Shown: positions 13,136-40,063 of the stretch, one piece after another
Numbering within the stretch: position 1 is the stretch's first letter
Layout of the letters: each line of letters opens with the position of its first letter
Source of the DNA: Eledone cirrhosa
Taxonomy: Eukaryota
Reading direction: 5' to 3'
Assembly: GCA_964016885.1 (NCBI GenBank)
Contig: OZ024740.1
Location: forward strand, 349,618,001 to 349,682,000
Length of the DNA: 64,000 nt
Notes under the pieces: generated by a model
What the model was told of the DNA's origin: nothing
The model's database searches: none
What the model saw: the letters and a program-made list of their open reading frames with translations, nothing else
Made by a program: the position numbers and the translations under genes

Positions 13136-13998
13136 TATACTTGTTTTGTCGTTCAAAATCATGGTTAACATTAAAAAGTAGGAAGAACAAACCCGGTTTC
13201 TACAGACTCATACGCTTCTGTGTATACAAGTTTGAATACGTGTGTGTCTTTCCCTGAATGGCAATCCCTGTGTGTCTGTTCCCCACTTTAATTTAAAAAG
13301 ACAAAAAAAGAACTTAGAATCTGTATGTACACACAAACAACTAATATCTATCGTACCCTTCGTTTTTCAATTAATCTTTTGACTTGTAGTTATACATTTT
13401 TCTCATAATTTTCGGCGGAATTTCGAACACAAAACTTTGTTTAGTTCCCCCATCCTCGCTCCGAAAATTTCGTCGGGTTTTCTATATTTTAAACTTATGA
13501 GATTACGATTCATAAAAAAAAAAAACATATTTCAAAAATCGTTTTCAAAATTCCCTACTCTTCACACACAGAAACAAGCTAAGTGCACTACGTATATACG
13601 CGTGTATCTGGTGTATATTTTGAATACTTCAGCATAGTTTTACGTCCGTGTGTATATATATATATGGTGTGTGTGTGTGTGTGTGTCTGTGTCTGTGTCT
13701 GTGTCTGTGTGTGTGTGTGTGTGATTTGTTTATATACACGAGAGTGTAACATGAAGTTTTTAGAATAAAGAAACTTCAAAGGTAGCTTTAGAAAGAGGTT
13801 AGAGTACCAATGGGATGTGAAGATACTGGTAAGAAGTTTGGTGGGGATTGAAAGTAAACGAGGGGTAAGTAAAGTTCAAAGATGAAAAATGACTGAATAA
13901 CGAAAAAAACAGAAAGTAGAAAGAGAATAAAGTGTATTTATGTTTGGAAAACTAAATAGAGAACAAAAGAATAGAAAAACGAAGAACAGGGAAAATTG

Positions 13999-14029
<31 letters not shown>

Positions 14030-14156
14030 AATCTATTAAAAAGTAAACGAAACTGGTAGAAAGAAATCTGCGTAGGATCGGAAACTGAAGGGGAAAATAG
14101 AAAGGAAAAATAAACAGAAAGATAGGAGGGAAAAAAAAAGAAATTAAAATATAAAT

Positions 14157-14540
<384 letters not shown>

Positions 14541-14541
<1 letters not shown>

Positions 14542-14843
14542 TGTATACGTACATACATATATGCATACAGATGTACAGTAGTATGTATATATATATATAT
14601 ACATACATGCACACATATATATATGTACGTATGGATTCACCGAACATTTATTGTAATGCTCGGTGTGTTTGTAAACAAACATCCCGTATTAAGCCATAGT
14701 CACTGACAAAGGAACGCTGTACTAGTAGCCTAATTTGCATATCGAGTGGGTTAATTACAATAAATGTTCGGTGAATCCATACGTACATATATATATATGT
14801 GTGCATGTATGTATATATACATACTACTCTACGTCTGTACGCA

Positions 14844-14851
<8 letters not shown>
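14541..14851. repeat. Inverted repeat with arms of about 100-115 bp and a spacer of about 95 bp
   Basis: GTACGTATGGATTCACCGAACATTTATTGTAAT (ending 14657) is the reverse complement of ATTACAATAAATGTTCGGTGAATCCATACGTAC (starting 14754). Pairing continues outward. Confidence 0.9.
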
Positions 14852-16709
<1,858 letters not shown>

Positions 16710-16779
16710 AAAACAAATAACGAAACGAAATTAAATTTCGTTTCGTTTGTAACTCACTTTTGTATGACTGACGCTTAAA

Positions 16780-17244
16780 CAATATTCCTTGTCTGGCTTT
16801 CTGGAGAATAGAGGAAAGGTGTTTCCTCAAAAACCAGTATGACTCTAAAAACCGGTTTGTCTGTGTGTTTACATACAGAATAGCTGGCCACTCACAGTAA
16901 AGTGACCAGTGAAAAAAACTTGGTACATCTACATATGTATACGTGTGTGTATTCATATACATACTAGTATTTCAGTATACATATATGGATGTACATCTTT
17001 AACTTAATTGTTTCAATATTCCTTGTCTGGCTTTCTGGAGAATAGAGGAAAGGTGTTTCCTCAAAAACCAGTATGACTCTAAAAACCGGTTTGTCTGTGT
17101 GTTTACATACAGAATAGCTGGCCACTCACAGTAAAGTGACCAGTGAAAAAAACTTGGTACATCTACATATGTATACGTGTGTGTATTCATATACATACTA
17201 GTATTTCAGTATACATATATGGATGTACATCTTTAACTTAATTG

Positions 17245-17245
<1 letters not shown>
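16780..17245. repeat. Apparently exact tandem duplication of a 232-bp unit (period 234)
   Basis: 16780-17011 matches 17014-17245. The ORF track shows identical peptides starting at 16962 and 17196. Confidence 0.92.
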
Positions 17246-20133
<2,888 letters not shown>

Positions 20134-20344
20134 AAGAAAACAACTTTAATAATAATTTTACTGCTTTTGGCACGGATCCAGCGACTGGTCCAGCGCATCA
20201 CTGGTACTCTCTTTTGTTGACTCCGTGGAGAGCCATAACTCTATGCTGTAAAGCAATACTGGACTGTAATACGATCGGCTTCAACTATACAAACTCTTGA
20301 AAGTCAACAGTTGACATAATCTTGTAATCTTGTATCAGTAATGA

Positions 20345-21932
20345 CGGTCGGAAATCGGGGTGATCGGCAACTTACTGAAAGAATACGAAACGCTGACGGG
20401 AGCAAAACTAAACCCAGACAAGTCTGTCGGTTTGCAACTCGGTACGTGGAGAGGCAAACCGATGACATCCGACAGCGTCGTTGGACCCTGGACGGACGGA
20501 CCGGTGAAATTGCTCGGGGTCTGGTTCGGTCCAGACCTCCAGGTGGAGAAAAACTGGAACGAGGTCACGGCCAAGGTGTTTGCACTCACTAAGAAGTGGG
20601 CAGAGTGCAAACTGTCCTTGAAAGGTCGAGCGGAGGTGGCGAACACTTTCATAGCGTCCGTCATCTACTACCGCTTGACTGTCGTGCCTTGTCCCCGTGA
20701 ACACCTCGCCAAGATGGAACGCATGCTCTTCCAGTTTCTGTGGAAGAAGCAGGCTCCGCTGGTGAGGAGATCCGTCTGCTGTCAGCACCCTTCCAACGGA
20801 GGGCTGGGAATGCCGTGGCTGATGATGCGCAAACATGCGCTGAGGCTGCGGCATCTCCAGGTATTCCTCACCGACCCCCAACCGGTGTGGGCACCGTTTG
20901 TGAGACAGGCTTTCCCACAGCTCGTCTCGCTAACGGAGCTGCAGTCCTGGGTGAAGAAAAGACCGAAAACGATGGGCGCCTGGCACATTGAATGCGCTCA
21001 GGCGCTCACAGTCCTCTGGCAAGCGGGCGCAGCAATCAGTGGATACTCCACTTCGACATTCTATAGAGGGATTGTACGTTACAAGGGCGACGACGTGCTC
21101 GGAGAGACTCTGGGCGTCGAAGACGATGAGCTCACCAGTATGTTTGGTAGGACTTTCCGCCCGGGACCTATGGACAACTTCCAGAGGTCCCTGGCCTGGC
21201 AGTGCTACCGAGGAGCTCTACCGGTTCGTGACAAGATCTACAGGCACGGACGCCCTGGCAGGGATCCTTCCAAGAGGACGTGTCCAAGATGTGCGCAGGA
21301 CATTGAAACAGTTCTGCACGCAATTGTACACTGCCCGGGCGTAAGCGACCTGTGGAACTATGCAGAACAACTGCTGTCGCGTATGGGACAAATACAGTTG
21401 ACTGCCGAATCCATAGTAAGGATCAAACCGCCAGACTCTTTCAAAAACGAAAGAGAGGCGGTTTTCCTCTGTACGGTGGCTATGGTGAAAGAAGTTATAT
21501 GGTGGACGAGGTTGAGAGGACTGAGGACAGATGCCTTTCTCTCCGGACAACAATTGATTCCATTCTTTAAGTATCACTTTAGAAGGAGAATCAGGGTGGA
21601 GAGAGAGGCACTGCACCCCAGTAAATTTACTGAAAGGTGGGTGAATGAAGCGAAAATGGCCCGAGTGATTGGGCCTTCTCTGTTTATAAGCCTGTAGGTT
21701 GAGGAAGAGAGCAAAAGGAAGAAAGGAGCACTTGCACAACACGCTCCTTGAGTTGAGGGTTGTTCTATCGACGGGGTATTAAACAACCCATTTGTGGCGC
21801 CTCCCCCCTATTGGGGATTTCGATTGTTGAAATTGTTTGTTTTTATATTTTTTACACGACTGTATGTAAAATCCCCGGCATGTCTTTGTATTGTCCCCTT
21901 TCTTGTTGCGCCCTTGTGGCTAATAAAGAAAT

Positions 21933-21935
<3 letters not shown>
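20345..21935 (+). mobile_element. 5'-truncated Tx1/L1-clade LINE; open ORF2 C-terminus at 20360-21697
   Basis: YE..TGAKLN.DKS, VKLLGVWFG, W...LSLKGR, GGLG.P, and the zinc-finger motif CPRC..ETVLHAIVHC. The 3' UTR ends AATAAAGAAATCAA directly followed by (TA)n. No stops in 445 codons. Confidence 0.92.
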
Positions 21936-22004
<69 letters not shown>

Positions 22005-22150
22005 CTGTGTGTGCGTGTAAGTGAGTAGAGTAGCGTGTGTGTGTGTTTGTTGTATATATGAGAGTTGCTGTGTGCGCGCATATGTATCCGTGTGTGTGTA
22101 TGCCGTACGTATAAGTGTCAAGAAGTGATTTTTTTTTTATTTTTTTTTTT

Positions 22151-26658
<4,508 letters not shown>

Positions 26659-26704
26659 GAAATGACAGGAGGCTGGATTTGTGTAAATCCCTGAAAGGTT
26701 TATT

Positions 26705-26762
26705 ATACTATGATCATTTCAATGACCGGGTTCCGTATGAATCCGGTGATATCATCAGGTAT
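26705..26762 (-). ncRNA. Type I minimal hammerhead ribozyme
   Basis: Minus strand: stem I AUAC, CUGAUGA, stem II (ACCGG/CCGGU, UUC/GAA), GAAA, palindromic UGAUCA, UA cleavage, GUAU. Confidence 0.75.
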
Positions 26763-26826
26763 TCGAAATATAATACGTGAATGTAATAGGTAAAATCCAT
26801 GGGGCTGAAAATCGAGAATAACCTAA

Positions 26827-27810
<984 letters not shown>

Positions 27811-29497
27811 GTCGAAAACGACCTGTACTACCCATACAGGAAACCTAATGACAATCTGCACTACATCCACCGCCGATCAAACCATCCTAGGAACATCACA
27901 AACAACCTGGTCAAAAACATCTCCCTCCGCATATCCCGTTTGTCAGCTAATGAGCGGATATTCGATGAACATGCGCCTTATTACAACCAGGCCCTCAAGC
28001 GGAGTGGTTTCCGGGAGGAAATATCCTACTGTCCAGCTCCCATTAGCGGAACCAGCAGGAGACACCGCCGCTCACGCAATGTAACATGGTTCAATCCTCC
28101 CCACAACGCAGAGGTGGCTACTCCCATCGGGAAACTATTCTTTAGGCTCATTGAAAAACACTTCCCATTACAACACCGCTACCACAACATAATTAACAAA
28201 AATACCATCAAACTCTCTTACAGCACTACACCAAACTTCGCACAAAACATCGTCTCCTCTAACAACAAAAAACTCAACCCCGATGGCAGAAATAACCGAA
28301 ATAGCAGTGGAGAACCGACCAGGAGGTGTAACTGCCCGGATAGATCTATTTGCCCACTCGACAATAGATGCAGAGACCGTAATGTGATCTACCAGTGCAA
28401 CGTGAGGACGGATACCTCCAACAAAGCCTATATAGGACTTACCGCATGTGACTTCAAGACCCGGCTATACCAACATAGACATACCTTCCGAAACCCGGCC
28501 CGGCGTCACGCCACTACACTTTCGGGCCACATATGGGACCTCAAGGACAACAACATCACCTATGATCTTACTTGGAGATTACTGTCCAGAGCCAATTCTT
28601 ACACGGGAGGACGCCGTCCGTGCAATTTATGCTCGGAGGAAACTTTACAAATGCTGTTTTCGACGGACCAACTCCGAAACAAGAAAGATGAACTGGTTAC
28701 TGCATGTAAACATAGATTGCGTAGGACTTACCTCGCCCTCAAACCCCATAATGACCCGGGGGGGGGGGGGGTAGACTAGGGCTATAACACCCCACTTGCC
28801 GATTTTGCAATGGGTAACCCCTGCTTGCCAAGGAAGACGTAAGATCTTCTTTGTATTCTTTTATCGCTTCCTTTATTTCCTTCCCCCCTCTCTCCTTTGT
28901 CCTTCTACCCCAGCTCTTCTCCTTTGTCGGCGTCTTTTCTCGCCCACCCGAGACTGCCCTTTGGCCCCATGTAGCCTTAGTACCCCCACCACCCCCTCCC
29001 CTAGTGTATGATAGATTTGGCGGACTCCGCCCTTTATAGCAGTTGGCTTAGACCCCGGATACTTGCCCCCTTTTTCCGACCGCTCCCACTATTCTCTGTG
29101 CCCTCTATATTTCTTAGTGGCACTTATGCCTTATTTTTTCGTTTCAGTATCTCTTGCTTCGCTTTTCTTCTGGGCGGGGTGGATTCTGAATTTATTTCTC
29201 CGTTTTCTACCTTTATTTCGTACGAACTTTCATGTAGCTTGTCTTAGATCTTTTAGCATTTAGAGTTAGCATTAGTATATATTTTTCTCGGGACTCAGAA
29301 TTACTATCTCGTACAAGTTCACTTTGCTGCACTGGGTCGTTGCTGGCCCGGGATGGAAACCTTTATTGTGTATTTCGTGGTAGTCTCTTTAGTATTTTGG
29401 CCCCTTTTGTTGACCCGTCACCGTATCATTTACGTACTTATACCTCTTAAAAGGGTCCTTGCCTATTCCGTCCCACCTAGTTCTTTTACTTTTTTCG

Positions 29498-29532
<35 letters not shown>

Positions 29533-29981
29533 CTTCTTTCTTTCTTTCTTTATTTTATTCTAGCCTAACAATAGCCTGACACCTAGGTCGTAGAATTTAA
29601 TTTACTTTACTTTTTTCTTTACACTTATTTGCTTTTCTATATATTTCTACCCCCCATTGTTCTACCTACCGTTCCGACTTCCTCCCCTCCCCCTCCCCTG
29701 TATCTTCTTTGACCTCATGCCCAGCTGTAGCAGGCACTACCAACGCTTGATTGGGTCTACTCCACCCCCTCCCCTCTTTCTCCTACTGGCAGGTTTAGCC
29801 ACCATCTCCCCTACTAATTTGCAACCACAGAATTACTACTGATTTTTGACAATCACTTTGACCATATATGGAATTACCCCTTGAGAAGATCGGCTATTTA
29901 AATACCAGGATAAATTTTCATTTAGTCCAGAATTAGCCGTCGAAACGGCTTGAGCTCAGCTGTCGGGGTCCTACTGGTTCC
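27811..29981 (+). mobile_element. 5'-truncated Penelope-like element (RT thumb, GIY-YIG, 3' region with hammerhead)
   Basis: Frame of ORF 27940-28779 with upstream [53 protein letters not shown]. Pyrimidine-rich 3' region ending at (TA)n. Confidence 0.93.
29876..29969 (+). ncRNA. Type I hammerhead ribozyme with U3-A8 core variant
   Basis: ACCCC, UUGAGAA, stem II GA(U)CGGCUA/UAGCCGUC, GAAA, stem III ACGGCU/AGCUGU with loop UGAGCUC, GUC cleavage after 29964, GGGGU. Confidence 0.8.
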
Positions 29982-30361
<380 letters not shown>

Positions 30362-30364
<3 letters not shown>

Positions 30365-30790
30365 AGATTTGAATGGATACAGTTTAGTTGAAAGGAATTT
30401 ATTGACACGTGTTTCTATAACAGTTACATAACCTAAAACAGCTATCTACAAACTTTTAGTTATGCAGACATTCAATATTTCAATGTTATTATTTACTGTC
30501 ATTTCATCAGAATAATATTACTGAGGACCTATTTAGTTTTTATAGAGAATATTAGGAGGGAGGGGTGAAGTTGTTAGAAGAATAGTTGAAGGAGTGGTTT
30601 TTCGATAGCAGTGAGAATTCTTGGTGGCAGTGAGTAATTAGATTCCCATCTGTTGTTTTGACATTTTTTATAGAATATATTATTGGTTATTTTTCTAAAT
30701 CTATAGAAGGATTAGAGATAGTAAAGATATGCGTGGTTGGTTTTGTGTTTGCACTTAATTAACATTCAGACTTAAATTTTTCTTTCAAGT
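30362..30790 (-). mobile_element. PLE 3' end remnant
   Basis: The minus strand near 30780-30740 reads KSE.LIKCKHK with a frameshift (GIY-YIG C-terminus). A same-strand hammerhead lies downstream. Confidence 0.6.
30399..30515 (-). ncRNA. Type I minimal hammerhead ribozyme with long stem-loop II
   Basis: Minus strand: UUAUU, CUGAUGA, stem II AUGACAGU/ACUGUUAU, GAAA, palindromic CACGUG, UC cleavage, AAUAA. Confidence 0.75.
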
Positions 30791-31075
30791 GTACGTATCC
30801 TTTCACCCACGCATTCACACACAAATATATTTGCACACCTCTACAAAATACATATACTCACAATTCACATATTCATACTTACATATATATACACATGCAT
30901 ACACATATATATACACACATGTATTCATATACATACATACGCGCTCATGTGTATACATTTTCATACTCAACTTATCTTTATATACACACGTATAGACACA
31001 CTCATATATACATACATACTCTAGTCCATGTGTACACACATACTTACACATCCATATACACATATATACATACAT

Positions 31076-31127
<52 letters not shown>

Positions 31128-31279
31128 ATACATATATACATACACATACATATATACATACATATATATATATAAGCACTTTAATACATGAATACACTTA
31201 CATCTAACTATACACATCAAACATATATATATATTTACTTATTTATATACATTTTCACATATATATACATACTTATGGA

Positions 31280-31697
31280 CGTTTTTAGACACATTCATTA
31301 TCGCATATTTGTACCTATTCTCATCAGCATATCTTTTCATTATTAGTATGGTAATTTAAGGTTATTAATATATGTTGAGAAGAGATTGTTTTTATATTTT
31401 TCTAACTAGATTAAGGTTTATATAGTTGGGGGATGTCCCTCTTTTATGTAATATTCGGCTTGTAGTGGGAAAAAAGGGTTTTAGTTCTGTGACGGCAGAA
31501 TAATGTTCGTTCAATTCTGTTATTCAGCAGTTTCTTCTTGTGTGTGATTATGTAATAAATCTCAAGATTACACAATTTGCAGAAATTTTGGCTCCTGGAA
31601 AAGCTTTGGGTTTTAGCTAATTTTTCCCATTTTAGGGTAAACTTTTGGTCGCTATCCCTGAGCTAATATTTATATTACAACACAACGGAAAATACTG
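31280..31697 (-). mobile_element. PLE GIY-YIG C-terminal remnant with degenerate hammerhead
   Basis: Manual translation gives [58 protein letters not shown] at 31327-31321 on the minus strand, with GAAA changed to GATA. Confidence 0.8.
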
Positions 31698-35451
<3,754 letters not shown>

Positions 35452-35508
35452 GAAACAAAATGGCGTAGGACAGAACAAAGGAGAGGCACAAAAAGAAAAG
35501 AATCCCCA

Positions 35509-35551
35509 GTCACTGAAGAGGTCACAGAATGTGTGACGAAAGAACTTTGAC
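35509..35551 (+). ncRNA. Minimal hammerhead-like motif
   Basis: GUCA, CUGAAGA plus an extra G, GUCACA/UGUGAC, GAAA, GAACUU, UGAC. Near-palindromic AAAG-AA-CUUU stem III. Lies in an island of about 250 bp between TA runs. Confidence 0.6.
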
Positions 35552-35701
35552 AATATATAAACAACTATCTGGTTGTGGAACCAACCAACCAACCAGAAAT
35601 TTATAAATTCCTAAATTTATAAATTTATTATAATAAATTGAAGTGAAATCAACTGGTGCGTGTGTTTCTTATTGGCAACATGGCCCTCCCAAAGTATAAC
35701 A

Positions 35702-35744
<43 letters not shown>

Positions 35745-36557
35745 AGTTAACAGAATTAAATAGTAAAATGGAAAATAGCGATATTTAAATATTGTAAATA
35801 TCATTATATTATACTAAGGAAGTAGAATTTTTTTTCGAACTCATACACTCACACTAAAAAAAAAAAAAAGTTAAATGAATAAGGATGAGAGTAGACGAAA
35901 CTGATACGGAGATGAATAAAATGATAGGTAAAGAATGAAGAAAACAAAACAGAAAGAATTCCTATTTTTTGCTAAATAACTTTTTTTTAATGACACGATC
36001 CAATAAAAGAAAAATTATGGTAAACGAAAAAAAAAAAACCTAGGGAGCAAATGTGAAAAAAATAGTGAAAGAAAGAAAACATGGAAGGAGAAAGAAGGAA
36101 CTATAAAAATCAAAACAGTTCAGAAAAATCAAAGAAGTAACAAAAAAGAAAAGGGTAACAAAACAAAAATAAAATATGAACGAAACGGAAAAAAAGAGTG
36201 AGATATATAAATGGATAGATGGAGAGAAAGAGTGAGAATGATGGAAGAGATAATTTAAGAATGAAAAACAACTACAATAGAAACTAAATGAGGTAAAATG
36301 ATTATATTCTTTTTAATAATTTTATATATATAGGCGAAGGAAGTGAAGCGGAAACGAAAACACAATATCCACAAAATAAAAAATTAATAATAAAAATGAA
36401 ATCAAACAAAAATAGACAAAGAACTAGGTACAAAAAGGTGAAGTTTTTTTTTTCTTTTTGAAAAAACGTAAAAAGAGAGGAAAAGGGAAACGAAGAGAAT
36501 TTTTTTAAGAGGAGGAAATATAGAAATAACAAAGGAAAACAAAGAGAAGTGGAGAAA

Positions 36558-36562
<5 letters not shown>

Positions 36563-36640
<78 letters not shown>
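36563..36640. repeat. (GA)n microsatellite (others at 8270-8354, 44204-44262, 51629-51674)
   Basis: Direct reading. Confidence 0.95.
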
Positions 36641-36642
<2 letters not shown>

Positions 36643-37914
36643 AATATCAGTGGAGTGAAAGAGTAAGAAAAGTGCTAGAAGAGAAGGGAGAGAGGGGAGG
36701 GGGATGTAAAAGTAGGTCATCAGTGAAAATTGGGTGTAAGGGAGGCTGGCTAGCTTAGCAAAAGTTTAACCTATATTTCGCCTAAGCAAAGCAGTTCCAA
36801 TAGTTTCTTCACTGAAACAACACACGCCGCCGCCACCACCATTATTACTATATCTCTGCTACTACTACTGCTGCTGCTGCTGCTGTTGTTGTTATTGAGG
36901 CTGATTACAACTTGCACACGCTTACATCTGACAAAAGTCAGCTTACGTAACACACACTATGTTGTAATATAATATAATAGACGTTTCTGTACATATACTT
37001 ACGTGCTACTGCACTCTATAATTGCCACTCTGTCTTTTTCTCCCTTTCTCTCTATGATTTACTTTTCCCCCTCTGCCAATTTGTAAGATGGAGATCGGAG
37101 AGAAACGTCTTACTATTAACACAATCGATCTTATTTTTGTTTTGTCATGTAATTAATTGGTACTTTGGCAGATATAATAATCATGAGAATTAGGCAAGAA
37201 ATAGATATATTTTAGCTGCTTGTGTCAGCAATTACTAAATGGAAGTGAGATGGAGTCAACTGAACCGATCTACATTCATAACTGGTACTTTCTGCTAACT
37301 GAGCCAATTAGATATAATTTTTACCAACTTCATTAGATCTAATCGGATTGTTGTTGTTTGACACCAAGACACTTAGCAAACCTATGACCGAAGGCGGTCA
37401 AGCTTATTAAAAAAATTATTTTACGTTTGTTTATAGTATACTCTTATCAGCATTATCAAATTCCTCCTTTATATAAAGACGGTGTTATAGTTTGGGAGAG
37501 ATTTGGCTGTTATTTCTAATAAATCGAGTGACCACGAAAATTCTCCCTCGCCGGTTCATTTCATCACGTGAAATTGAGAACGTTAATAGATGCTGTAGTG
37601 TCAGCGAGACAAAGACAATTCAGTTAGTAAAAAGCATAAAATTAAAGTGTATTATTTGTTGTTTAGCAGAACTGTGACCAAAGACATTCCAGGCATGACG
37701 ATCACATATTTTGTCTTAGTGTATCTATCTACATTATTCTATTTTAAGACAGAAGGCTGCGGATATGAGTTGGGGATAATTTGGCTGCCATTTCTAGCAG
37801 GTACACTCACAGAGACAGACTGCCTTGTCTGCAGGTAGTCCTGAATGTGTGTACGAAATTTCCTTGTGATATCCCCGGGGTGCAAATTGTCCTAATCTTG
37901 GGACTGCTATATGA

Positions 37915-38075
37915 TCATGCATAGTTGTAAGGCTAAGAAGTTCGCAGCTCAACAACATGATACTCGGTTCAAGCTCATGGCGTGACATTTTGGGCAATCT
38001 CTTCTTCCAAGCCTCGGGTTAATCAAAACCTTGTTGAGTGGAATTGGATGGACAGAAAGTGTGAGAGGAATTCCG

Positions 38076-38080
<5 letters not shown>
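37915..38080 (+). mobile_element. tRNA-derived SINE family C (diverged; also about 8457-8600 and 46710-46830)
   Basis: GGTTCAA box B-like sequence, TTGGGCAA, shared AGCCTCGGGTT..CCTTGT..GTG.A.TTGG block. This copy ends at a (TA)n run. Confidence 0.6.
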
Positions 38081-38120
<40 letters not shown>

Positions 38121-38637
38121 GTTTAATCTAATATTTCACATTTAGCACAATAAAAGAGATTAGAGGAAACTATTGTTGGCCAACGCTTAGAGCATCAGTT
38201 GACCTTAATCTGTCTCTCTCATATATCGGCGTCATGTATCTGCTCATTTAATTAATAAACACCAAATCTTCCATTGTTTCTGAATTAAGCCAATGGATAC
38301 GACGTGCTTTTAGCGGCCGATGGACAGGATTTAACCTTTGCATCGGCGAACAAGGCTCGCTACTCTTTACTGCTCGGGTGAAATGACTGTAAAACAATGG
38401 ATAAATAAATCACGTACTTCTGTTATTATTTCACGCACAAGTGTGTGTGTGTGTCCTTTATATGCATCATCAAAACTTGGAAACTAAATCGAGAAAAGCG
38501 AAATTTCTTGAAACCATTGTTTTGCAGTGTTGCAGTTATTTCCTTAACACCAGAAATACAGTGAACCAGTGATTGGCCCGTCGGGCACCTATAACCAAGA
38601 ACTCTTTTGTTCACAAATTGCTACATAAAATAAATAA

Positions 38638-38851
38638 ATAATTATTTCTACTATAGACACAAAGCCAGAAATTTTAGGGGAGGGGGAAAGTCGATTAAAT
38701 TGACCCCAGTGCGTTAACTGGCACTTACGATTCCGAAAGGATGAAAGGTAGAGCTAACCATGATAGAATTTGAACTCAGAGCGTAAAGGGCCACAACCAT
38801 GCGGCAAAGCATATTGTCCGACGCTCTACCGATTCTGCCAATCTACCGCCC
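38638..38851 (-). mobile_element. SINE family A, full-length diverged
   Basis: Reverse complement of head, box B and core. Confidence 0.85.
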
Positions 38852-39509
38852 ATAAAATGAATAAATAATGAATACATAAAGAAAGAAATAAACAAATCGG
38901 GCCGGAAATATTTGCAGGAGATGTGATGTTTAGTTCCAAATCAAATCTACTCCAGTTGGAACCATTCCGTCTTTTAGGGGTATCTACGACTATATATCTA
39001 ATGATCTTTCTTTATATAAAAGGAAGGACATACACAAAAATTGGGCTGCTACTTCTAACAGTATGAAACATCATTTTGATGTTTATGTTTAGTCCAAGGT
39101 CAACCTTCGTCCAACATAAAATCAAAGGCATTCCAACCGCTGCCAGTGACAATACATGTTTATGGGAATACAACACATTCGTAGAAATCAGACTGGTTGA
39201 AATATATTCCTTAGAAGGTGTGTTCCTAAATTATACAAACAAATCTAAATTTATTATCTATTTTTAAAAAAATCAATGTAATTTTTTAAAATGTTAAAAA
39301 CAAGTTACTTTTTAAATAAAATATATTTTCAATTTATTTTCAGGCAATATGTTTTCGATTTGGTAAGAAAAATAAATCTAAATACATACACACAGAAGCT
39401 TAATCGCCACAATTGATTTGTATGTTGTATGTTCGTTACGCATAACATCTAACAATGAATATTTAAATATTCTAACTTATTCTAATTTATTTACTGGTAA
39501 TAACAATAA

Positions 39510-39655
39510 TAAATGTTTCTACTTTTGGCACAAGGCTAGCAATTACCCCAGTGTACTGGTACTTTATTTTATCGACCCCGTAAGGATGAAAGGCAAAGTT
39601 AACCTCGGCGGGATTTGAACTCAGATCATAAAGGGCCGTAACTATGCTGCAAAGT
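39510..39655 (-). mobile_element. SINE family A, partial
   Basis: CTGGTACTTTATTTTATCGACCCC...AAAGGCAAAGTTAACCTCGGCGGGATTTGAACTC. Confidence 0.85.
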
Positions 39656-39874
39656 ACCTATTAATGATTCTAACATAGACAAACGACCATATGCTTTATG
39701 AGCAGGGTAAAGTTAGTTAGATCTACCCAATAATTTCACTGAGTATGATCGAAGAAACTAAAGTGCCGTAACTTATACCATTTGACGCTCTACGAGTCCA
39801 TCGCCATGCCATCAATGGTTCTTTAACATAGGCACACAAGAACAATTCCAGGGATATTATTTATTACTTGAGAG

Positions 39875-40063
39875 GGCGGTGAATTGGCAGTATCGGTAGA
39901 GGGTCGGACGCCATGCTTTCCAGCATAGTTACGTCCCTTTACGGTCTGAGTTCAAATCCCGTCGAGGTTAACTTTGCCTTTCATCCTTACGAGGTCGATA
40001 AAATAAAGTACCAGTAATGTACTGGGTAATTTGCTGGCCTTGTGCCAAAAAGTAGAAACAATT
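39875..40063 (+). mobile_element. SINE family A, short form
   Basis: Head, box B, core and tail all present. Confidence 0.9.
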
